A DNA stretch of 64,000 nt from a candidate division FCPU426 bacterium (GTDB lineage: Bacteria > Oederibacteriota > Muellerivitia > Muellerivitales > Muellerivitaceae). A program made the position numbers and the translations under genes. The stretch is from contig CAWHOE010000051.1 in NCBI GenBank assembly GCA_963830915.1, positions 64,001-128,000 of the forward strand, written 5' to 3'. This document shows positions 1 through 9,681 of the stretch, in pieces; within the stretch, counting starts at the first letter, position 1; each line of letters opens with the position of its first letter. The notes beneath the pieces are model-generated. The model was given only the letters and a program-made list of their open reading frames with translations, did not search any database and was not told the origin of the DNA.

Positions 1-1
1 C

Positions 2-955
2 GAGGCTAACGCATGCCAGGAATCCATGTTATTGGAACCCATCCAACCCAAGGACTTCCTATTGGAACGGCGTTATTTGAACAAAAAATGGTACATCACT
101 CAATGTATCCGAAAAGACCCCGAGCTTCTTTTTTCCCGGGTATCCGGGTCGCCCGATGAACTTTTCCAAGATCTTCTAATCAATAATTTGGATCGGTGGG
201 ATATACAGTGGTGTATTTCTCAAATGCCGGCCAACTGGAAGGGCCCCTCGGCCTATTCGACGGTCCTGGGCCAAAAATTCGAACGAAACGACTTGGACTC
301 CACGGGAATGGAGAACATCCAATTCCGCTATGACCTGTCAGCATTGACCCAAACCGAAATGGAGCCGGATGCTGGGTCTGTTTCCACTATCCAGCGTTAC
401 TCGATAGGTTTTAATGAATTAGGAAAGGAATTATTGGCGCGGAATCATTACGCCAGCGCTATTAGGGCTTTTGAGCGGGCAGTTAATCTCAACGGTGGCT
501 TTGATGAACCGAGAAAAACTTTGGCGCAGATCTATAGTCAACAAAACATCCTGGAGGCGGCCCGCCTGGAATTGGAAAAGACCGTAAAACAACATCCGAT
601 CCAGATAGCCGGATTAATGCTTCAACTTGATAAGGCCAAAAGGGAAAAGGATGACTCCAGAACAGTTCAGCTGTTGGATGATATGATCCGTTTAAACAAT
701 GAACTTTCCGACGCGCAATACCATCTTTCCTTGGTCTATGAGAAGGAAGGCCGTTTAGCCGAGTCGAAATCATTGCTCGAATCATCAGTTAAGCTAAATC
801 CGCAAAGGGTGGAATCCCAGTTAACCTACGGTAGATTGATGGCGCGCATGGGAAATCGGATCAAAGCGGAAGAGGCTTTTCGGTCAGTGTTAGAAGTGGA
901 TCCGGTCAATAAAGAAGCACAGGTAGAACTTTGGAAATTATTGAACCAGCCTTGA
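2..955 (+). CDS. TPR-repeat protein, C-terminal part (5' truncated by window edge)
   Basis: Frame is open from base 2, upstream of the ATG at 26. C-terminal TPR helices (AQYHLSLVYEKEGRLAES, LTYGRLMARMGNRIKAEEAFRSVLEVDP). Confidence 0.8.
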   Translation, partial: EANACQESMLLEPIQPKDFLLERRYLNKKWYITQCIRKDPELLFSRVSGSPDELFQDLLINNLDRWDIQWCISQMPANWKGPSAYSTVLGQKFERNDLDSTGMENIQFRYDLSALTQTEMEPDAGSVSTIQRYSIGFNELGKELLARNHYASAIRAFERAVNLNGGFDEPRKTLAQIYSQQNILEAARLELEKTVKQHPIQIAGLMLQLDKAKREKDDSRTVQLLDDMIRLNNELSDAQYHLSLVYEKEGRLAESKSLLESSVKLNPQRVESQLTYGRLMARMGNRIKAEEAFRSVLEVDPVNKEAQVELWKLLNQP

Positions 956-983
956 GTTTCAAATTGAATTCAGGAGTACGGTT

Positions 984-3152
984 TTGAGGACAGAAGCTGC
1001 TCTGAAAACGGTATATATTCTGTTCTTCATATTTTTTTGGGGTTTCTTACTCTCCGCCCAAAACCCGGGATTGATGTCAGATGATGGCGGTGAGATGATC
1101 GCCGCCTCTTACAATCTTGGAATATGTCATCCTCCCGGATATCCCTTGTTCAGTTTGATAGGCCGTTTATTTTCCTATTTACCCATTGGATCGATGGCTT
1201 TTCGTTTCAACCTGATGTCCGCTCTTTTCACTTTTCTTTCAATGGCGATCCTTTTTTCAGCTTGTCTTCGACTGCGAAAGATAAGTGAACCGGCGATTGG
1301 AAACCAAGAGCGAATTGCCGCTTGGGCACTATCTTTTGCCGCCGTTGCGACCCTGTTTTCCTGTAGGAGCGTTTTCGCTCAAAGCATGACGGCTAAGGGA
1401 TGCGTATACACATTGACTTTATTATTTCTGGCGGTCATGGTATGGATGCGGATCCAGTGTTTGGGAATGGGGATGGGTTGGAAACAAGCTTTAGTTCCTA
1501 CCTTCCTTTGGTCCATTGGAATGGGTAATCACTGGCAAACCCTTGTGCTCTGGGCCCCTTTTTTTGGAATTTGGTTTTTACACGAAAAAACGAAATGGGA
1601 TATCAAGCAAATTATCGTTGGCGTTACGGTAATTTTGTTAGGACTTTCCATTTATCTTTACTTGCCTCTTAGGGCCCATTTGAATTGCCTGCCCTCTTGG
1701 GGAGATCCAACGAACGTCTCGGGTTTTTTTTGGTGTCTTTCTCGAAAACCCTTTGCCGGATTAGAACCTCTTTTCCGGAATTGGTATTTCTATAAAGAGT
1801 TTGCCGAACAATATTTCCGACTAGCGGTGTTTTATTGGGTCCCGGGCTTTTTCTTTTTTGTGATATTGGGCGGTTATTATCTTTGGCGAATATCACAGCA
1901 GTTATTCATTTCTTTAGCTTTTTTGTATGTCCCGATCGTTTTAGGCATACTTACTGTTCCTAGGGAAGAAACTTTATTTTTGATCAACGTTTATTTGGTA
2001 TCACCGGGATTCATTTGGGCTTTATTAGGTTTTCTTGGATTCTTTTTTATTTATCGGTTGCTGCGAAATAAGGGAAAGCCGATCGTAGTATTGTTCTTCA
2101 CCATCGTTCTTATGGATTTGTTTTTGTGGATGTTTAATATGAAGCCGTTGGAGGATCGAAGTAGGTATTTACTGGCGAATGATTTTGGGATCAATGTGTT
2201 AAAAAGCATTCCGAAGAACTCTGTGTTTTTAGCGGAAGGTGATCATTATGTCATGCCGATCTTATATGCAAGATTCGCTCAGGGATTGCGTAAAGACATA
2301 GTTTTCTGTCCGTCGATATTTCTTTTCCATGGTTGGGGTTGGAAACAATTAGGACAGCAGGATGATAAGATTGGGGCGGCTATTAACGGCGAAATAACGT
2401 TCACCGGTAAATTAAAAACTCTTCTTTCTGAAAGGACCCACCGGGCATTCCTATATTCACTCGATAAGGAGTATTTAAACGATAAATTGGGTGAGCTGCC
2501 GTGCGCTTGGGCCCCCAATGGTTTAGAATTCCGGGAATGGAATAAACCCCCAGGGATACAAGAGGTTTACTCGGGAACACTACGCTCTAGTTGTTTAGAA
2601 CGTTTCAGAGGTTTCGGGGAAAAATGGCCTCAGGTTGATGAATCAACCTATCAGATTTATCGATATTACTATGATCAGTTTAATCAAGCTGGTCATTGGT
2701 TGTTCGTGAATGGAGCGGATGCCAAGGCATTATATTTCCTGGGGAAAGGATTGAATATTTCAAATCCTTCCGCCTTGAATGATTTAGCCGTTTTGTTTGG
2801 AAAAGAAGCTTATTACAAATTGGCTAGAAGGTTCTGTGTTTTAGCCATGGAAAATGATCCTAAATACCTCCCGAGTTACATCAACTTGGCTGAATGCTAC
2901 AAGCGTGAAGGGAATTATCCTGACGCGATCGATTTCTATGAGAAGGCCATAGAACTGAAGCCGGATGACAGGAGCCTTATCGAGCGGTTGAAGGAAACCC
3001 AGGAACAAATTAAGAAAGGACTGCAACCTTTACCAGGTCTTAAAACAGCTCAGGACTATAGGATTTTGGAAGACAGTTTTAAGAAGATGGGTTTGGAGAT
3101 GCTATCCAGTATGGCGACTCAATGTTTCTGGGATGCAAAGAAGGGTGGGTAA
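984..3152 (+). CDS. DUF2723 / TMEM260-like GT-C membrane glycosyltransferase with C-terminal TPR
   Basis: Motif DDGGEMIAASYNLGICHPPGYPLF, many TM helices, WGDP and GDH motifs, TPR (YINLAECYKREGNYPDAIDFYEKAIELKP). TTG start after AGGAG. Confidence 0.85.
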   Translation: MRTEAALKTVYILFFIFFWGFLLSAQNPGLMSDDGGEMIAASYNLGICHPPGYPLFSLIGRLFSYLPIGSMAFRFNLMSALFTFLSMAILFSACLRLRKISEPAIGNQERIAAWALSFAAVATLFSCRSVFAQSMTAKGCVYTLTLLFLAVMVWMRIQCLGMGMGWKQALVPTFLWSIGMGNHWQTLVLWAPFFGIWFLHEKTKWDIKQIIVGVTVILLGLSIYLYLPLRAHLNCLPSWGDPTNVSGFFWCLSRKPFAGLEPLFRNWYFYKEFAEQYFRLAVFYWVPGFFFFVILGGYYLWRISQQLFISLAFLYVPIVLGILTVPREETLFLINVYLVSPGFIWALLGFLGFFFIYRLLRNKGKPIVVLFFTIVLMDLFLWMFNMKPLEDRSRYLLANDFGINVLKSIPKNSVFLAEGDHYVMPILYARFAQGLRKDIVFCPSIFLFHGWGWKQLGQQDDKIGAAINGEITFTGKLKTLLSERTHRAFLYSLDKEYLNDKLGELPCAWAPNGLEFREWNKPPGIQEVYSGTLRSSCLERFRGFGEKWPQVDESTYQIYRYYYDQFNQAGHWLFVNGADAKALYFLGKGLNISNPSALNDLAVLFGKEAYYKLARRFCVLAMENDPKYLPSYINLAECYKREGNYPDAIDFYEKAIELKPDDRSLIERLKETQEQIKKGLQPLPGLKTAQDYRILEDSFKKMGLEMLSSMATQCFWDAKKGG

Positions 3153-3186
3153 AAGCTTAAAATACTGGGTTTTATTGTGTCCCTAT

Positions 3187-3195
3187 TGATATAAT
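3187..3195 (+). promoter_or_regulatory. Putative extended -10 promoter upstream of pilT
   Basis: TGATATAAT about 45 bp before the ATG at 3240. Confidence 0.35.
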
Positions 3196-3239
3196 AACTA
3201 CGTTTTCAACGACACCTTCGAACACAATTGGGAGTTTTA

Positions 3240-5543
3240 ATGGATCTTCAAGCGATACTTTTATCCATGGTCGAGAAAAAGGCCTCGGATGTGCATATGA
3301 AGGCTGGCGCACCCCCTCTTTTTCGAATAGATGGAGATCTTATCCCGCAAAGTGAAGTGGCATTGACCCCCCAGGAATTGGCTGAAGTTGCTACCTACTT
3401 GATGGATGAAAAACAACAAAAAATATTTTTCGAGGACCGCCGAGAAGTGGATTTGGCCTATGCGGTCGAAGGGTTGGCCCGATTCAGGACTAATGCCATG
3501 TGGCAAAGAGGATTGCCCGAAATCATCATGAGGGTCATTCCACAGGTCATCCCCCGCATTGAGGATATCAATATGCCCACGGCGGTACTCAAACAGATCG
3601 CCATGGAACAAAGGGGCCTGATCCTGGTCACGGGCATCACCGGTTCGGGTAAATCAACGACCTTGGCGGCTTTGATCAATGAGATGAATCTGAATCGAGC
3701 CGCCCATATCGTGACAGTCGAAGATCCAATTGAATTTGTGCACCAAGATAAAAAATCAAGCGTGACCCAACGTGAAGTGGGGCTTGATACGGAAAGTTTC
3801 AAATCAGCGTTAAAGTATGTTTTGCGACAAGATCCCGATATCATTCTGATCGGCGAGATGCGTGACGTGGAAACGGTTCAAGCCGCCATTACTTCGGCTG
3901 AAACCGGCCATTTGGTATTATCAACCCTTCACACAATGGACACGATACAGACGATCGAACGTATCCTTGATTTTTTCCAACCGGATCAACAGAATCAAAT
4001 TCGGATACAGCTATCAAACACGATAAGAGCGGTCATTTCCCAAAGGCTGGTAAGCAAGGCGGATGGGGCGGGGGTTGTTCCAGCTTGCGAGATCATGATC
4101 GCGACACCGACCATTAAATCCTTGATCGCTGATAACAAAATCAGTTCCATCCGCAGTTTTATAGCGGAAGGTCATAGCCAATATGGGATGCAAACTTTCG
4201 ATCAATCTTTGATCGGACTAGTGAGGAAGAATCTAATTACCCGGGAAAGCGCATTGGAACAGGCTACGTCCCCGAGCGAAATAGACTTGGGTTTAAAAGG
4301 GATTTCCTCATCCAAGGCTTCCGCCCAATCATTGATCTCGCAAATGGAGACCAACCAGCAAAAAGAACGGGTGGGAGCCTGGTATAAACGTGCCCAGGAA
4401 CTTTTCGATAAACGCCGTTATGACGAGGCTAAAAGCGAGCTGAAACGGGTCCTTCAAGAGATGCCAGAAAACAAAGAAGGCAATACATTAATGGCCAAGA
4501 TAAGGGAAATGGAGAGTCAGACGGAAAAAAAGAAGGATGTTTCCTCCATTATAAAAACAGCATTGGCGCTTTATCGCGAGAAGAAACACCAAGGGGCCAT
4601 CCTTGAATTCCAAAAGGCTTTAGAAATCGATCCGGGGAATAAGCAGGCTGAAGGATACATCCGGTCTATCCAAATTGAACTGGAGAATAGGGAAAAGGCC
4701 CGAGAATTCTATCAAGCTGCCATGCAAAGTCAGCAACAGAATGATTTTACCGGGGCGATTGGACAAATCGACCAAGCGTTGATTTTGGACCCGGAGAATG
4801 AACAAGCGACAGTCCTGCAAAGAAACCTAAAAGCGGCTTATCAAAAGGAATTGGCAAAGGCAAAAGCTGCCGAATTCAATCAAACCGCAATTGAACTTTA
4901 CAAAGCGGGGGATCTTTTAGGCGCTTTGGTGGCATGGAACAAAGCCAATGAGCTTCATCCCGATACCGAGGAGATCAATCGATATCTTCAACAAGGGATC
5001 GCTAAACTTCTTTCATTTGGTGTTGAAGGAACCGATTCTAATCCTGAAAAGGAAAACATATTGGCTCTATTTGAACAAGGAGTCCGTTCTTATGTTCGCA
5101 GCGATTTCCAAACTGCGATTGAGTTTTTCAAAAAGGCATTGGGCAAGGCGGAAGAAAATTCTTATTTAAATGCCTATCTGCAAAAATCCTCTCAAATGTT
5201 AGAACAACAGATCGCTGAGTTCTACCAGGATGGATGGAAAGCCCAACAGGCGGGTGAATTGTTATCGGCGCAAAAAGAATATACAAAAGTCCTTAGACTT
5301 TCGCCGGGACACCCGGAGGTGGTTAAACAACTCGCGGAACTTAAAACAAAAATCCAGCAGGAAACCGAAAAATTCTACAACGAGGGGAAGCAGTATTTTG
5401 ATCAAAATGACATGGACCAAGCTATTCGGATATGGAATAAAATCCTGGAAATCGAGCCGACCAATGACCGGGCCATAAAAAAAATTGAGGAAGCAAAGAT
5501 CAAAAAAAGTACCTTGAGCGGAATTTTTTCAAAGATCAATTGA
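3240..5543 (+). CDS. pilT: PilT/PilU-family type IV pilus retraction ATPase fused to a ~400-aa TPR tail
   Basis: Walker A GITGSGKST, Asp box TVEDPIE, Walker B DPDIILIGEMRD, His box GHLVLSTLH, GMQTFDQSL, then TPR repeats. ATG 3240 follows GGAG (ORF track starts at 3228). Confidence 0.9.
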   Translation: MDLQAILLSMVEKKASDVHMKAGAPPLFRIDGDLIPQSEVALTPQELAEVATYLMDEKQQKIFFEDRREVDLAYAVEGLARFRTNAMWQRGLPEIIMRVIPQVIPRIEDINMPTAVLKQIAMEQRGLILVTGITGSGKSTTLAALINEMNLNRAAHIVTVEDPIEFVHQDKKSSVTQREVGLDTESFKSALKYVLRQDPDIILIGEMRDVETVQAAITSAETGHLVLSTLHTMDTIQTIERILDFFQPDQQNQIRIQLSNTIRAVISQRLVSKADGAGVVPACEIMIATPTIKSLIADNKISSIRSFIAEGHSQYGMQTFDQSLIGLVRKNLITRESALEQATSPSEIDLGLKGISSSKASAQSLISQMETNQQKERVGAWYKRAQELFDKRRYDEAKSELKRVLQEMPENKEGNTLMAKIREMESQTEKKKDVSSIIKTALALYREKKHQGAILEFQKALEIDPGNKQAEGYIRSIQIELENREKAREFYQAAMQSQQQNDFTGAIGQIDQALILDPENEQATVLQRNLKAAYQKELAKAKAAEFNQTAIELYKAGDLLGALVAWNKANELHPDTEEINRYLQQGIAKLLSFGVEGTDSNPEKENILALFEQGVRSYVRSDFQTAIEFFKKALGKAEENSYLNAYLQKSSQMLEQQIAEFYQDGWKAQQAGELLSAQKEYTKVLRLSPGHPEVVKQLAELKTKIQQETEKFYNEGKQYFDQNDMDQAIRIWNKILEIEPTNDRAIKKIEEAKIKKSTLSGIFSKIN

Positions 5544-5576
5544 GAATTTAAAACGTTGTTTCAGTTCAAAGGATGA

Positions 5577-5981
5577 ATGAAAATGAATAAACTTATCATC
5601 ACGGCGGTCGTGATTATCGGGATCTTTTATGTGGCGTTGAATTCCTCGATTTTGGCTGAGCAAGCTCAAAAGTGGGTCAAGGAAAATCCCAAAGACCCTC
5701 ATGCGCCGCTTGTCCTTTATGATGCTGCAAGATGGTGCGATATTCTTGGGGATAACAAAAAAGCCATGGAGGTCTATGGGCAAATTTATCAGGATTATCC
5801 GGATAAATCCGACCTGGCCGCCGCTTCCCTCTATTATTCCGCTCAAGTGTTGGTGGATACAACCTCGGCGAGGCATCAAGCGGATCCTTATATCGACATT
5901 ATCTTGAGCCAATATCCAAATGAACAAGAGTGGGTTATTAAGGCAAAAAACTTGAGAGATGAGGTGAATTATGCTCGTTGA
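5577..5981 (+). CDS. Small exported or membrane-anchored helical-repeat (TPR-like) hypothetical protein
   Basis: N-terminal hydrophobic segment, then helical repeats (YGQIYQDYPDKSDLAAASLYYSAQ). Confidence 0.65.
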   Translation: MKMNKLIITAVVIIGIFYVALNSSILAEQAQKWVKENPKDPHAPLVLYDAARWCDILGDNKKAMEVYGQIYQDYPDKSDLAAASLYYSAQVLVDTTSARHQADPYIDIILSQYPNEQEWVIKAKNLRDEVNYAR

Positions 5982-6978
5982 TCGTCCTTCTTGGGCTGTG
6001 GTATTAATCTCTGCCATTCTTTTGGTCCAGATAGGAGGCCTAAAGGCTCAGGGGAAAACCTTGGAAATTGATGTGGAGGATGAGGGTCAATCTGTAACTC
6101 CAACAATAGAAAATGATAAGCCTTTGCCAACGGCAATTGTGGTTTTAACACCGGGTATAACTACAGGGCCTTTGCAACCGACTCCGACCGTTCAGAGTCA
6201 ACCAACTGTTCACCAGGAGTCGGTGACCGAACCGGAACAACAAACCATTAAAGATTCAAAAAACATTTCTGCCAGCATAAGAACAAGGGCAAGCGATCAA
6301 ATCACCTTCTACTATTTTTTAAGGGCAGGTTATGTAGTGGATAGTAATGACCGTATCCCAGTTGTTGGTAAAGTGAGTGAAACATACGATGCTCAATCGA
6401 TAATAAGCACAGGCCAAAAGATATATGCTGAGATCGGTCAAAAAAAAGGGGTTAAAGTCGGTGATCTTTTAATCCCTTATCGGCTCATGGTCAACAACCT
6501 TAAGGAACCTCATAGTGGTTTTTCAGGTGATTGGGTTAAGAACCTTGGTATTGTCAAGGTTTTGGAAGTTCAACGAAAATATTGTTTGGTTGAATCGATA
6601 AAATCCTTTGAGCCGTTCCAAAAGGGAGATAGTTTACGAATTTATAACGATGAGATCAAAAGATGGAAACAAGCCCAAACGAAAAAAATACTCCCACAGC
6701 ATGAGATCCATTGTTATGTGGCTGGCGGGGAATCAGGAAGAACCCAATACGCTCAATATGATTTCATTGTGCTGACCGCTGGGTCCAAAAAAGGGGTAGT
6801 TGAAGGACAAACCTTTGAAATTAGAAAAGCAGGGGCTCGCGGTGTATTTGATGAAACGATTCATGCATTAAAAGGAAAAGCACAGGTTTTTTATGTTGGT
6901 CCGAGTTATTCGATGGCACAAATTGTTTCTAGTGTCGAGCCTATCGAACAAGGGTTCGAAGCCAGTTACCGGCCATAA
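5971..6978 (+). CDS. Exported TsaP/FlgT-C-like protein lacking a LysM domain
   Basis: Signal peptide and Pro/Thr-rich linker, then two repeated beta domains (IYAEIGQKKGVKVGD...SFEPFQKGD and IVLTAGSKKGVVEGQTFEI...SVEPIEQG). Confidence 0.55.
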   Translation: MLVDRPSWAVVLISAILLVQIGGLKAQGKTLEIDVEDEGQSVTPTIENDKPLPTAIVVLTPGITTGPLQPTPTVQSQPTVHQESVTEPEQQTIKDSKNISASIRTRASDQITFYYFLRAGYVVDSNDRIPVVGKVSETYDAQSIISTGQKIYAEIGQKKGVKVGDLLIPYRLMVNNLKEPHSGFSGDWVKNLGIVKVLEVQRKYCLVESIKSFEPFQKGDSLRIYNDEIKRWKQAQTKKILPQHEIHCYVAGGESGRTQYAQYDFIVLTAGSKKGVVEGQTFEIRKAGARGVFDETIHALKGKAQVFYVGPSYSMAQIVSSVEPIEQGFEASYRP

Positions 6979-7009
6979 AGGGTTGGACGGCCCTGGTAAG
7001 GAATTGCGG

Positions 7010-7861
7010 ATGCAAGCGCCGATCGATCAGGACCCGAATTTTAAAAAAATACTAGAAATGATTTTGACGGACAAAGGATTTGATGGGAGCCACTATAAAA
7101 TAAATTATATCAAGAGGAGGATAGCTGTGAGGATGAGGGCGACTGGGGCGCCTAATTATCATGAGTATTACAAAATATTAAAATCCGATCCTCACGAATT
7201 GTCCTTCCTTTTCGACCGGTTAACTATTCATGTAACTGAATTTTTCAGAGACCCTGAGGTGTACCGAGCCATTCAAGGGACAAACATTGCGAATGTTACC
7301 AATGACAGATTACAACAAATAAAGGTATGGTGTGCTGGATGCAGTACTGGAGAAGAACCATATTCAGTGGCTATGTTGTTGAAGGAAAAAGCGGTTGATA
7401 ACCCGTGTATGGAATTTCAGATCTATGCGACAGATATTGATCCAATCAGTATTAAAACTGCTGCCCAAGGCATTTATCCATTGGAAGCCCTTCGTAAACT
7501 AACGAAAACCCAAATTGCGAGATGGTTTTTTATACGCGGGGAGAAGGTCAGGATCGTTGAAGAGTTAAGACGTTTTGTTTTTTTTCGCCCTCATGATTTA
7601 TTGGGCCATTGGAGCCCTGAATTATCCGGGTTCCACATGATTTTTTGCAGAAATCTATTGATCTATTTGACGTCGACCCAGCAGCAAAAACTTTACGAAC
7701 GGTTTTATTATGCGCTTAAACCGGGGGGGTACTTGGTACTCGGTTTATCTGAAACCCTTTTGGGGACCGCAAGGAAATATTATCGCTGTGTGGATGTGAA
7801 AAATAGGATCTACCAAGCAAATTTGATCGATGACCCTGAAGGTACATCTCCGAAAGGTTAA
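7010..7861 (+). CDS. cheR: Chemotaxis methyltransferase CheR
   Basis: LTIHVTEFFRD, WCAGCSTGEEPYS, ATDID, IFCRNLLIY, LKPGGYLVLG. ATG 7010 after AAGGA. Confidence 0.93.
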   Translation: MQAPIDQDPNFKKILEMILTDKGFDGSHYKINYIKRRIAVRMRATGAPNYHEYYKILKSDPHELSFLFDRLTIHVTEFFRDPEVYRAIQGTNIANVTNDRLQQIKVWCAGCSTGEEPYSVAMLLKEKAVDNPCMEFQIYATDIDPISIKTAAQGIYPLEALRKLTKTQIARWFFIRGEKVRIVEELRRFVFFRPHDLLGHWSPELSGFHMIFCRNLLIYLTSTQQQKLYERFYYALKPGGYLVLGLSETLLGTARKYYRCVDVKNRIYQANLIDDPEGTSPKG

Positions 7862-7864
7862 ACC

Positions 7865-9046
7865 GTGGATAAAGCACAGGATCATATCAACCTGGGGACA
7901 GCGTTTACTCTTTCTAAACGTTATGAAGATGCCATTGTTGAATTCAAGCGCGCACTGGAACTTAGCCCGGCTGACAGCGAGATTCTTTTCCAATTAGGCG
8001 GACTTTGCACGAACGTGGGTAATTATCCAGAAGCTGAGAATTATTACCATCAATCCCTTGAATTGAACTCAATGAACTTAAACGCGCATTGTAAGTTAGG
8101 TTTGTTATTGGAAGTTCAAGGTAAATATTCCAGTTCGGTTGTTGAATTCCAAAAGGCCATTGAACTCAACCCGGGGGACGCGGGTTTATATAATAATTTG
8201 GGAAATGTTTTCTCAAAAATGGGTAAATATCAGGAATCCATTGAGCAATATAAGAAATACATCGATATAAACTCCAGTAATGCAGAAATATATTTTAAAG
8301 TCGGGAACGCATACGAACAATTGGGATTATTGGATGAAGCGATAATTTCTTACACTCAAGCATTGGCTATCAACCCGCGGCACGCGGCTGTTTACGCGAT
8401 TTTGGGAAACGCTTATTCAAAAAGAGGGAAATATCAGGAGGCAATCGACCAATATCAACAAGCCCTCAAGTTGAATCCTCATGAACCGGAGGTGCATTTG
8501 AAGATGGGTCAATCTTATATGTCGATGGGACAATACGATAAAGCGCTTGTGGTCCTAGAACAAGCTAGACTACGTAATCCCCACAACGCAGAGGTGTACC
8601 TCAAGATGGGTATGATCCATGCTGGGCGTGGTCAGCATGAAGAAGCGATCCAAATGTACCGAAAGGTCATGGAAATCAATCCGCACGACGCGAGTGTTCA
8701 TAATGTTCTTGGTTATATATATGATAAACAAGGTGAGGCGGATAAGGCGATGGAGGAATATCGAGCCGCAAAACAGTTGAATCCCAATGATGTTTTAATC
8801 TTGGACAACCTTGGGAATCTTTATTACAAGCAAGGCCGTTTTGAGGAAGCCATAGGGGAATTAGAAAAGTTAACCACTTTAAATTCTTCTCACGCTGATG
8901 CTCATTCTAAATTAGGTAACATATATCTGAAAAAAGGTGAAAAGGAAAAAGCATTGGTCCATTGGGAAAAAGCCTTAAGTCTTGACCCTTCCAATGAGAT
9001 ACTTAAAAATAACCTTAAAATCATTCGTGGAGTTTCGCCACTATGA
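7865..9046 (+). CDS. Cytoplasmic all-TPR protein (~11 repeats)
   Basis: Regular 34-aa repeats such as LYNNLGNVFSKMGKYQESIEQY; no signal peptide. Confidence 0.9.
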   Translation: MDKAQDHINLGTAFTLSKRYEDAIVEFKRALELSPADSEILFQLGGLCTNVGNYPEAENYYHQSLELNSMNLNAHCKLGLLLEVQGKYSSSVVEFQKAIELNPGDAGLYNNLGNVFSKMGKYQESIEQYKKYIDINSSNAEIYFKVGNAYEQLGLLDEAIISYTQALAINPRHAAVYAILGNAYSKRGKYQEAIDQYQQALKLNPHEPEVHLKMGQSYMSMGQYDKALVVLEQARLRNPHNAEVYLKMGMIHAGRGQHEEAIQMYRKVMEINPHDASVHNVLGYIYDKQGEADKAMEEYRAAKQLNPNDVLILDNLGNLYYKQGRFEEAIGELEKLTTLNSSHADAHSKLGNIYLKKGEKEKALVHWEKALSLDPSNEILKNNLKIIRGVSPL

Positions 9047-9681
9047 TGAAAGCCCAAGAAAAATCTCTTGGTGAATTACTTCGTCAAGCTGGGAAAATCA
9101 CGTCCCGACAGATCCAGGTGGCATTATCAGAACAAAAGAAAAATCATGAGCCAATCGGTAAAATCTTGGTAAGACTTGGCTTTGTTGAAGAAAAAGACAT
9201 TTTGCAAGTCATGGAGGGTATGGTAGTTTTAACCTTCCGGGTAGAGAAGGAACTTTTTGGTATTGAGACATTCCGTTCTAAGGAAGTACTTAAATCGGTT
9301 CCTGTAAACCCTCTGTCCGAACCACACCCTTTTTGGGAAGGAACTTTATCTTTAAGAGGTGTATCAATCCCCATACTTTCATTCCGAAAGGTTCTTGGAT
9401 TGCCACCGCTACCGCCAGGGATATTTCCCTGGTTCATCGTATTGGAATATAAGGGCTCCCCAATTGTTCTTTCTGTTGACCAAGTGAAGGAAGTTACCCG
9501 CCTTAAAATTGATCAAATTGAGCCCGTCCCAGCTTACCTTTTTGGTAAAAAGTCAGATTTGTATTATTGTTTGGGTAAAATAAAGGATGAGTTGTATTCC
9601 ATCGTTAATCCCGATAAGTTGATGCAAGATGAAGCTTTTAATTTATTGCCCCCTGAGGTTCATCATGCCTTCCCGTCCTGA
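9043..9681 (+). CDS. cheW: CheW-like protein with N-terminal MshEN-like domain
   Basis: N-terminal SLGELLRQAGKITSRQIQVALSEQ-x5-PIGKILVRLGFV, then CheW-type LTFRVEKELFGI...EGTLSLRGVSIPILS...LSVDQVKEV...IEPVP. Confidence 0.8.
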   Translation: MMKAQEKSLGELLRQAGKITSRQIQVALSEQKKNHEPIGKILVRLGFVEEKDILQVMEGMVVLTFRVEKELFGIETFRSKEVLKSVPVNPLSEPHPFWEGTLSLRGVSIPILSFRKVLGLPPLPPGIFPWFIVLEYKGSPIVLSVDQVKEVTRLKIDQIEPVPAYLFGKKSDLYYCLGKIKDELYSIVNPDKLMQDEAFNLLPPEVHHAFPS

